From an uncultured Cohaesibacter sp. (GTDB lineage Bacteria; Pseudomonadota; Alphaproteobacteria; Rhizobiales; Cohaesibacteraceae), in contig NZ_CAXXOW010000012.1 in the NCBI RefSeq assembly GCF_963662805.2, positions 112,154 to 176,153 on the forward strand: a stretch of 64,000 nucleotides of DNA. Reading direction: 5' to 3'. The notes under the pieces were generated by a model. That model ran no database searches. It saw nothing but the letters and a program-made list of their open reading frames with translations, and was not told the DNA's origin. Position 1 is the first letter of the stretch; every line of letters starts with the position of its first letter. This document shows positions 1-7,392 of the stretch, piece by piece. The position numbers and the translations under genes are program-made.

Positions 1-171
1 AAGCCAATGGCCGTGACCATCGTCTTCGGCCTTGCTGTGGCGACACTGTTCGTGCTCTTCCTAGTGCCCTGCCTTTTTGGCGTCGGGCGTGACATCAGCA
101 CTCTGTTCCACTGGCTGCTGCATGGAGAAAGGCCGGACAAGCACGGGTCTCTTGCTCATCCCGCCGAATAG
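1..171 (+). CDS. C-terminal fragment of an RND-family efflux permease (AcrB-like), truncated by the window edge
   Basis: Frame 1 reads KPMAVTIVFGLAVATLFVLFLVPCLF...AE-stop (TAG 169-171), resembling the last TM helices of AcrB-type permeases. Confidence 0.7.
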   Translation, partial: KPMAVTIVFGLAVATLFVLFLVPCLFGVGRDISTLFHWLLHGERPDKHGSLAHPAE

Positions 172-175
172 AAAA

Positions 176-201
176 AGGGGACAGCGCATACTGTCCCCCT
201 T
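176..201. terminator. Intrinsic terminator hairpin between convergent genes
   Basis: GGGGACAG-cgcata-CTGTCCCC stem with an A-run on the left and TT on the right. Confidence 0.7.
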
Positions 202-233
202 CGGTCCCAGACAATTTCGACAATCAGACGCGA

Positions 234-1082
234 TCAAGCCGCAGTTTGGCTCTCCGGCGCTGCCTCTTCAAAGACGATCGCCCGCCGATAGAGGTGCCAG
301 GTCGCATGCCCGAGCAGGGGCAGGATAACCACCATGCCAACCAGCAGTGACGCGAGGCTGACCGCCATCATGAAGGCGATGAAGATCGCCCAGCTCAGCA
401 TGGTCTTGCGATTGGCGATCACGCAGCGGATCGAGGTGATCATGCCGGTGATGAAATCCACGTCCCGATGCAGCAGCATGGGGAAGGAAATGGCTGTGAT
501 CGAAAAGACTGCCAGACCCAGTCCTGCCCCGACCAGATTGCCGACAACAAGGAACAGCGCGCCTTCGGGCGTCGTTACCACTGTGCTGATCAGGGTGGAG
601 AGATTGAGCGCGCCGAGCCCGAAAAAGATCACATAGAGAAAGATCGCAATGTCGATCCAGATAATGAAGGCAAAGCCCGTGACCAGCGCCATCCAACGCA
701 GTTCCTTGGTTTCCCTGCTGAAAATGGTGCCCAGAATGGCGCCGGCGGAAAGCTCGAGATCATATTCCCGTCTGCGGCTGATCTCATAAAGGCCAGCGGC
801 AATGAAGGGCGCGATGAGAGCAAAGCCGGACGCCAGAGGATAGACCAGATAGGGCAGCTGATAGGCCGTGAGCAGCCACAACAGAAACCAGCCCGCCAGC
901 GCATAGAAGGCGCCGAAGAACAGACTGTAAGGCGCGCTGCTGCGAAGATCCCGCATGCCGGCGCTCAAGGCATCGGTTAGATCATCGGTGGTCAGATCCC
1001 TGATTTTGGGCTCTCGTGCGGCTGCGTTCGTGCGCACCGCTGGCGAGCCGCCAAGTGGCCCTTCGTGTGCAATATCGGTCAT
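234..1082 (-). CDS. DUF2189-family integral membrane protein
   Basis: 282 aa, multi-TM, motifs GFALIAPFIAAGLYEISRRRE and PLLGHATWHLYRR; GGAGG RBS upstream. Confidence 0.85.
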   Translation of the reverse strand: MTDIAHEGPLGGSPAVRTNAAAREPKIRDLTTDDLTDALSAGMRDLRSSAPYSLFFGAFYALAGWFLLWLLTAYQLPYLVYPLASGFALIAPFIAAGLYEISRRREYDLELSAGAILGTIFSRETKELRWMALVTGFAFIIWIDIAIFLYVIFFGLGALNLSTLISTVVTTPEGALFLVVGNLVGAGLGLAVFSITAISFPMLLHRDVDFITGMITSIRCVIANRKTMLSWAIFIAFMMAVSLASLLVGMVVILPLLGHATWHLYRRAIVFEEAAPESQTAA

Positions 1083-1180
1083 AGAGTCCTCCTTCGGGGC
1101 CCTCCAGCAGCTCCCGGTCCGGAAGCCGCATCCCCGATTGTTGGCAATGATGCAACAACTCCATCCTACCTAGAAATACG

Positions 1181-1197
1181 TGCGACACAACGTCGCA
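1181..1197. promoter_or_regulatory. Putative RegR/ActR/PrrA-type binding site
   Basis: Perfect palindrome TGCGAC-acaac-GTCGCA (GCGRC-N5-GYCGC pattern) about 100 bp upstream of the DUF2189 start. Confidence 0.45.
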
Positions 1198-1387
1198 ATT
1201 AGATTGACGCGATAAATTTTGTGCACCCGTCCCCTCAAAGGGAAGAACAAGAGCGAGATATGTGTGTGATGAGGAGGAATTTGCGGGACGCTGGAACGGG
1301 TGCGTGAGGTGTTCAACGCCTTAAAGCTCGAGCCACAAAAGCGGCTCAGGCGTATGTTGCCAAGTGTGCAAATCGTCAGGGGCGAGG

Positions 1388-2134
1388 TCAGACGTGCTGA
1401 CCGCCATTGATGTGGATTTCGGATCCCGAGACGTAGGAACTGGCGTCAGAGCACAGATAAAAGATCGTGTCCGCCACTTCCGACGGTTTGCCGAGACGAC
1501 GCAAAGGAATGCCCTCAACGATTTTCTCGGTTCCGGGCGACAGGATCGAGGTATCGATCTCACCCGGAGCAATGGCATTGACGCGGATGTTGTGCGGGCC
1601 GAAATCGGCGGCCATCTCGCGGGTCAGCGAGGCAAGCGCGGCCTTCGATGTCGCATAGGCGGTGCCCGCAAAGGGATGAACGCGCATGCCTGCGATCGAG
1701 GTGACATTGACGACGGAGCCCTCCGCCGCCTTCAATTCCTCGAAAAGACCCCGCGCCAGCATGATCGGCGCAAAGAAATTGACCTGAAAGACCTGTCGCC
1801 AGACATTCATCGGCGTCTTCAGACTGTCGAGTCGTGTGCCTTCTTCATTCTTCGGGCTGATGGCGGCATTGTTGACCAGAGCGTTGAGCTGCCCACCTTC
1901 CGCTTTAAGGCGATTGCGGATTTCGCCTACTGCCATGCCCAGACTGTCCGGGTCGGCAAGGTCAATCTGAATATGGTCCGCTTCCCCCATCGGCCAGGGG
2001 CATTTATCGGAGAAGGGATGCCGTGAACAACTGATCACACGCCAGCCTTCCTGCGAAAAACGCTTCACGGTGGCATGTCCGATGCCTCGGCTTGCGCCAG
2101 TCAGCACAAGGGTCTTTCGCTCGCTGTTTTGCAT
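1388..2134 (-). CDS. SDR-family NAD(P)-dependent oxidoreductase
   Basis: TGASRGIG, NNAA, YATSK, RVNAIAPG motifs; start moved to MQNSERK at 2134 (ORF track overextends to 2311). Confidence 0.93.
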   Translation of the reverse strand: MQNSERKTLVLTGASRGIGHATVKRFSQEGWRVISCSRHPFSDKCPWPMGEADHIQIDLADPDSLGMAVGEIRNRLKAEGGQLNALVNNAAISPKNEEGTRLDSLKTPMNVWRQVFQVNFFAPIMLARGLFEELKAAEGSVVNVTSIAGMRVHPFAGTAYATSKAALASLTREMAADFGPHNIRVNAIAPGEIDTSILSPGTEKIVEGIPLRRLGKPSEVADTIFYLCSDASSYVSGSEIHINGGQHV

Positions 2135-2251
2135 GATCAAATCCTTTCCCTTCAAAGATAAGGAGCAGAAACAGATTTGCCAATGCCGGATATACACCTT
2201 ATATGCGCAAGGAGAGAAGTCTCTGGGGATTAAGAAGTATAGAGCTGAAAG

Positions 2252-2515
2252 ATGATCATCTGTCACTGTAACAAGATTACGGATCAGGAAATCCTCGAGA
2301 TTGCTGAACACCTCAAACGAGAAAAGCCGGACAGTCCGATCCGGTCCAACAATGTCTATCGTTGTCGTGGATGCCGCGCCAAATGCGGCTGTTGCCGACC
2401 TCTGATGGAAGCCCTGCTGCTTGAGAATGGTTATGACGTAACGGTTGCCCGGCGTGAGGAAATCGAACGCCTACAGATCCGTCACTTCCAAGGGTGTCCT
2501 CCCTTCGACCCCTGA
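2252..2515 (+). CDS. bfd: Bacterioferritin-associated ferredoxin ([2Fe-2S])
   Basis: MIICHCN...CGCC pattern (C4, C6, C45, C48) directly upstream of bfr. Confidence 0.85.
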   Translation: MIICHCNKITDQEILEIAEHLKREKPDSPIRSNNVYRCRGCRAKCGCCRPLMEALLLENGYDVTVARREEIERLQIRHFQGCPPFDP

Positions 2516-2591
2516 GAACAGGTTACCGTTGCATCAAAACAAGATTGTATCTTGGATTGTGGCTCTGAAGGTGCAACACTTCAGAGCGGCT

Positions 2592-2620
2592 CTTGACCTC
2601 GGTGCGCTTTGGTACTATTT
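2592..2620 (+). promoter_or_regulatory. Sigma70-type promoter of bfr
   Basis: CTTGAC-N17-CTATTT, close to the rhizobial RpoD consensus CTTGAC-N17-CTATAT. Confidence 0.7.
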
Positions 2621-2636
2621 TAGAACTATTCTAAAA
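2618..2636. promoter_or_regulatory. Irr box / iron control element (ICE)
   Basis: Perfect TTTTAGAA-cta-TTCTAAAA palindrome matching TTTRGAAYNRTTCYAAA, overlapping the -10 element upstream of bfr. Confidence 0.85.
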
Positions 2637-2767
2637 ACTACACGGGCGGCGATGGTCGAACGAACAGAAGAAACGCGGATATACGTATTTCCTCTTTTCT
2701 TTCAAGTCGCTAGGATTGGGCCAGCCATTCCAGACCTAGAGTGAACATCAGCAAAAAGAGGACCGAC

Positions 2768-3253
2768 ATGAAGGGCAATGAGACTGTAATCGAATTTCTC
2801 AACAAGGGTTTGCGCAGCGAATTGACGGCTGTCAGCCAGTATTGGCTGCATTATCGTCTGCTGGATGATTGGGGCTACACCAAGATGGCGGCCAAGTGGC
2901 GCGAGGAATCCATCGAGGAAATGCAGCATGCCGATAAGTTCATTGAGCGCATTCTGTTTCTCGAAGGCCATCCGAACCTTCAGCATCTCGATCCCCTGAT
3001 GATCGGTCAGAACATCAAGGAAATCCTTGAAAGCGATCTCAAGGGCGAAATCGGAGCCCGCACCCTCTACAAGGAAGGTCGCGACGCAGCGGAGAAAGTC
3101 GGCGACTACATCAGTAAGGCGCTGTTCGAGGAACTGATGGCGGACGAGGAAGGTCACATCGACTATCTCGAAACCCAGCTCAGCCTCTATGACGATCTCG
3201 GCAAGGAAAAATACAGCCAGCTTCAGGCCGGCCATGCAGGCGAAGGCGAATAA
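2768..3253 (+). CDS. bfr: Bacterioferritin
   Basis: MKG...[11 protein letters not shown]...[10 protein letters not shown]...ERILFLEG...DEEGHID ferroxidase ligands and haem Met; AAGAGG RBS before ATG 2768. Confidence 0.97.
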   Translation: MKGNETVIEFLNKGLRSELTAVSQYWLHYRLLDDWGYTKMAAKWREESIEEMQHADKFIERILFLEGHPNLQHLDPLMIGQNIKEILESDLKGEIGARTLYKEGRDAAEKVGDYISKALFEELMADEEGHIDYLETQLSLYDDLGKEKYSQLQAGHAGEGE

Positions 3254-3304
3254 TCCTCAGCTTGTTTTGCATCGACTTTACGATGACCATGCAATCGAAT
3301 TTGG

Positions 3305-3335
3305 AACCCCGCATCAGCAATGGTGCGGGGTTTTT
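3305..3335 (+). terminator. Intrinsic terminator after bfr
   Basis: AACCCCGCATCA-gcaa-TGGTGCGGGGTT followed by a T-run. Confidence 0.8.
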
Positions 3336-3529
3336 GCCTTTCAAGGCAAGGAGCCGTCTTTCCTGCTCGCGAAGGACTCAACCACTTGTGAATTGACCGT
3401 GTACGGACGGATTTGGAACAACTCAGCACAAAGATTTTTAATGGATCGCACGCCCTGGTGGATCCGGTGTCAGCTATGCTGGCCGGATCAGGTGCTGCCG
3501 CCCGATGCGATCTCACAAGGAGACTACCG

Positions 3530-4810
3530 ATGTTCGCCCCATACTTCCCTCGTGATGACCACCCAGCCGTTGGCCTTCTTTTGCGTACTCGCGCCCTACT
3601 GTTGGGCGGAGCCTGTCTGGCCGCTGCCTCGCTTGGTCTTGCGCCATCGTTGCATGCTGCCGAGGTGGATCCGAGCGACTGGCCTGCGGTGCTGGCCGAA
3701 GCAAAGGGCCAGACGGTCTATTTTCATGCCTGGGGCGGTGGCGACCGGATCAATGCCTATATCGACTGGGCTGGTGCCGAGCTCAAGGACCGCTATGGCG
3801 TCACGGTCGAGCATGTGAAGGTCAGCGACACCGCCAACGTGGTCTCCCAGATTGTCGCCGAGAAAGCCGCGGGCCGCACCGAGGGTGGATCGGTTGATCT
3901 GGTCTGGATCAATGGCGAGAACTTTGCCTCCCTGAAGGCCAAGGGCATGCTCTTGCCCATGAGCTGGGCTCCGGATTTGCCCAATTACAAATATGCCGAT
4001 ATCAAGGGCAAGCCGACGCTCACCACCGACTTCACCGTGCCGACCGATGGCCTTGAAAGCCCTTGGGGCATGGCACAGCTTTCCTTCTATTACGACAGTG
4101 CCGTGACCTCCGAGGTCCCGAAATCGGCCGCCGAGCTTCTTGATTGGGCAAAAGCCCATCCGGGCCGCTTTGCCTATCCCAAGCCGCCCGATTTCCTTGG
4201 CTCCACCTTCCTCAAGCAGATCGCGCTGGAGCTAGCTCCGGATGCGTCCGTGCTCTCTCGCCCGGTCACCGACGCGGCCTATCAGCCAGTAGCCGAGAAG
4301 GTCTTTGCTTACCTCGATGAGCTTCACCCTCATCTCTGGCGCAAGGCCCAGACCTTCCCCGAGAATGTCTCGACGTTGAAAAACCTCCTTGCCGACAGCG
4401 AGATCGAAATCGCCTTCACCTTCAATCCCGGTGATGCCTCCTCGGCGATTGCCAACAACGAACTGCCGGAGAGCGTGCGATCCTTCACTTTTGATGGCGG
4501 GACAATTGGCAACAGTCATTTTGTCGCTATTCCCTTCAATGCCAACGCCAAGGCCGGAGCGATGGTGCTCGCCAACTTTCTGCTCTCGCCCGAAGCGCAG
4601 GCCCGTAAGCAAGACCCGGACGTCTGGGGCGATCCGACCGTGCTGGATCTGGCAAGCCTTAAGCCCGAAGACAAGGCGCTCTTCGATCAGCTGGATCTGG
4701 GCGTTGCGACCCTGAAGCCTGACGAACTTGGCGCGTCCCTGCCAGAGCCACACAGCTCCTGGATGGAGAAGCTGGAAGCAGACTGGACCCAGCGATACGG
4801 CGTGCAATAA
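3530..4810 (+). CDS. ynjB: ABC transporter substrate-binding protein, YnjB-like
   Basis: TVYFHAWGG, GSVDLVWINGENF, HFVAIPFNA, WGDPTVLD motifs; signal-like N-terminus; AAGGAG RBS before ATG 3530. Confidence 0.85.
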   Translation: MFAPYFPRDDHPAVGLLLRTRALLLGGACLAAASLGLAPSLHAAEVDPSDWPAVLAEAKGQTVYFHAWGGGDRINAYIDWAGAELKDRYGVTVEHVKVSDTANVVSQIVAEKAAGRTEGGSVDLVWINGENFASLKAKGMLLPMSWAPDLPNYKYADIKGKPTLTTDFTVPTDGLESPWGMAQLSFYYDSAVTSEVPKSAAELLDWAKAHPGRFAYPKPPDFLGSTFLKQIALELAPDASVLSRPVTDAAYQPVAEKVFAYLDELHPHLWRKAQTFPENVSTLKNLLADSEIEIAFTFNPGDASSAIANNELPESVRSFTFDGGTIGNSHFVAIPFNANAKAGAMVLANFLLSPEAQARKQDPDVWGDPTVLDLASLKPEDKALFDQLDLGVATLKPDELGASLPEPHSSWMEKLEADWTQRYGVQ

Positions 4811-4878
4811 ATTGTCCTGACCCTTCCCGACCACTGGGCGGCACCCAATGGGCCGCCCAACTCCGGTGCTTTGAAAGA

Positions 4879-6588
4879 ATGACCCTGCGTCCCTCCAATC
4901 TGGCAACCATTGCAGCACTCAGCCTGATGCTCGGCCCGATTCTGGCTGGCCTTGCTGGGTCACTCGCGCCCGCTTTCGGCTGGTTGCCCGCCCTTGGTGG
5001 CGACAGCCTGACGCTTGAGCCGATGCGCCAGCTTTTTGCCACGCCGGGCATAGGCCGCTCTGTCGCGCTCAGCCTTGCCTCAGGGTTGCTGACAACAATC
5101 CTTGCCCTTGCCGCGACGATTGGGTTGCTGGCGGCCTGGTCAGACACGCGTTTCTTTGGCTGGATGCAGCGCCTCATCTCGCCGCTCTTGTCGATCCCCC
5201 ACGCAGCAACGGCCTTTGGCTTCGCCTTTCTTCTGGCGCCGTCTGGGTGGCTGGTGCGGGCCATCTCGCCGGAACTGACGGGCTGGACCCGCCCGCCTGA
5301 CTGGCTCTTTCCGAATGACCCGTTCGGCCTTGCCATGATCGCCGGTCTGGCGATCAAGGAGTTGCCCTTCCTGCTGCTCGTCAGCCTCGCCGCCCTGCCG
5401 CAGACCGATCCGCGCCGCCATGCCGATGTGGCCCGGACGCTCGGCTATGGCCGTATGGCTGCGTGGATCTATGGCGTCTGGCCCCGACTCTATGCCCGCA
5501 TCCGCCTGCCAATCTTTGCCGTCATTGCCTATGCCAGCTCCGTTGTCGATGTGGCGCTCATTCTCGGGCCGACCAACCCGCCGACCCTTGCCGTCCAGCT
5601 GATGCGCTGGATGAGCGACCCGGATCTCGACATGCGCTTTTTGGCCTCTGCCGGAGCCATGTTGCAGCTCATGGTCACGCTGTCGGCGCTGTTGCTCTGG
5701 TGGCTCGGTGAGCGGCTGGTCGCGCGCCTCTTCAATTGCGCCCATCGCACCGGGCGTCGCTGGCAGAGGGACGGATCGCTACGCCTCACTGTCGCCGCGA
5801 TCAACATAATCGCCGCGTCGGTGATGATCTTCGGTCTGGCTGGGCTGGTGCTCTGGTCCTTTGCCGGTTTCTGGCGGTTCCCCGATGCTCTGCCGGTCGA
5901 GGTGGGTCTCGACACCTGGCGCAAGCAGATCCCGATGCTTGTCACGCCCCTGTTGCATTCGATCCTGATCGGTGGCGTTGCGACCCTGATCGCACTCTTT
6001 GTCACCATCGCCTGCCTTGAAACCGAGACCCGTGATGGCGCCAGCTTACGCGGGGGCAGAAACCGCTCATGGCTCGGTCTCATCTACCTGCCGCTCATCG
6101 TACCGCAGGTCGCCTTTCTCTTCGGGCTGCAATTGCTCTTTCTCGTCACCTCGGTGCACCATTCCTCAGGCGCTGTCATTCTGGGGCATCTGATTTTCGT
6201 CATGCCCTATGTGCTGCTTTCGTTAGGTGATCCGTGGCGCAATCTCGATCCGCGCTATGCCCAGCTTGCCGCCAGTCTGGGTCGGAGCCAGTGGACCGCA
6301 TTTTGGCGGCTGCGCCTGCCGCTTCTTATGCGCCCGATCCTCACGGCGGCGGCGGTCGGCTTTGCTGTCTCCATCGGCCAGTATCTTCCCACTCTCATCA
6401 TCGGCGGCGGACGGTGGGAGACCATCACCACCGAAGCAATCGCCCTCAGCGCTGGCGGCAATCGCCGCCTCATCGGTGTCTATGCCCTCATGCAGATGCT
6501 GCTGCCTTTCTTAGGATTTCTTGTCGCGACGCTGGTTCCTGCTATGCTCTATCGCCAGCGGCGCGATATGCAGGCAACTGGCCGCTAG
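4879..6588 (+). CDS. ynjC: ABC transporter permease with two fused halves, YnjC-like
   Basis: 569 aa hydrophobic protein with two EAA-like loops (ARTLG, AASLG). Confidence 0.85.
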   Translation: MTLRPSNLATIAALSLMLGPILAGLAGSLAPAFGWLPALGGDSLTLEPMRQLFATPGIGRSVALSLASGLLTTILALAATIGLLAAWSDTRFFGWMQRLISPLLSIPHAATAFGFAFLLAPSGWLVRAISPELTGWTRPPDWLFPNDPFGLAMIAGLAIKELPFLLLVSLAALPQTDPRRHADVARTLGYGRMAAWIYGVWPRLYARIRLPIFAVIAYASSVVDVALILGPTNPPTLAVQLMRWMSDPDLDMRFLASAGAMLQLMVTLSALLLWWLGERLVARLFNCAHRTGRRWQRDGSLRLTVAAINIIAASVMIFGLAGLVLWSFAGFWRFPDALPVEVGLDTWRKQIPMLVTPLLHSILIGGVATLIALFVTIACLETETRDGASLRGGRNRSWLGLIYLPLIVPQVAFLFGLQLLFLVTSVHHSSGAVILGHLIFVMPYVLLSLGDPWRNLDPRYAQLAASLGRSQWTAFWRLRLPLLMRPILTAAAVGFAVSIGQYLPTLIIGGGRWETITTEAIALSAGGNRRLIGVYALMQMLLPFLGFLVATLVPAMLYRQRRDMQATGR

Positions 6589-6596
6589 GAGCCCTC

Positions 6597-7319
6597 ATGA
6601 TCAAACCGGATCTGAAACTCGTCCACCAACAAGACAGGGCCATCCCCTCCGACCCGCCGGTCGAGCGCGACCCCATGCGGCGTCTGGTGCTGGACGACAT
6701 CCGCATCGGGCTTGATGGCAAAAGCCTGCTCGCTTTGTCCTGCACCATCGATCCCGGTGAGATTGTCACCATCATGGGGCCCTCAGGCTCGGGTAAGTCG
6801 ACGCTGCTCGCCTATATCGGCGGGTTGCTGGCCCCGGACTTCACCGCCACGGGCCGCATATTGCTCCACGGTCACGATGTGAGCAGCTTGCGGGCCGAGG
6901 CGCGTCACATCGGCATCCTGTTTCAGGATCCCTTGCTCTTCCCGCACATGTCCGTTGGCGGCAATCTCGCCTTCGGCCTGTCTTTCTCGGTGAAGGGGCG
7001 CTCCGCCCGCAGGCAGAAGGTTTGCGAAGCGCTGAAGGACATCGATCTTGAGGGGTTTGAGGATCGCGATCCGGCCACCCTGTCCGGCGGACAGAAGGCC
7101 CGTGTGGCGCTCGCTCGTGTTCTTTTGTCAGAGCCTTGCGCCCTGCTGCTCGACGAACCTTTCTCCAAGCTCGACGCAGACCTGCGCGGCCAAATGCGCC
7201 AGCATGTCTTTGACCGCGCTCGGCTGAGAGGCCTGCCAACCCTGCTCGTCACCCATGATGAAGAAGACGCCCGAGCGGCTGGTGGGCGCATTATCCGGCT
7301 GGACCAGATGGCGCTCTGA
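6597..7319 (+). CDS. ynjD: ABC transporter ATP-binding protein, YnjD-like
   Basis: GPSGSGKS, LSGGQ, LLLDEPF; AGGAG RBS before ATG 6597 (ORF track overextends to 6234). Confidence 0.88.
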   Translation: MIKPDLKLVHQQDRAIPSDPPVERDPMRRLVLDDIRIGLDGKSLLALSCTIDPGEIVTIMGPSGSGKSTLLAYIGGLLAPDFTATGRILLHGHDVSSLRAEARHIGILFQDPLLFPHMSVGGNLAFGLSFSVKGRSARRQKVCEALKDIDLEGFEDRDPATLSGGQKARVALARVLLSEPCALLLDEPFSKLDADLRGQMRQHVFDRARLRGLPTLLVTHDEEDARAAGGRIIRLDQMAL

Positions 7320-7392
7320 CAGCAAGCCCCCAAGATACACTGGCGGCACAATGCCCCTTGCCTTGGCCGAAGGAAGAGGGTAGGGGCAGAGC

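Noticed and set aside
1204-1217. TTGACGCGATAAAT as a possible Fnr/FixK box
   Set aside because: Spacing and second half-site do not fit TTGAT-N4-ATCAA
7353-7387. Hairpin GCCCCT...AGGGGC covering the hrpB ribosome-binding region
   Set aside because: Short interrupted stem expected by chance at this GC content; no support for a thermometer or riboswitch
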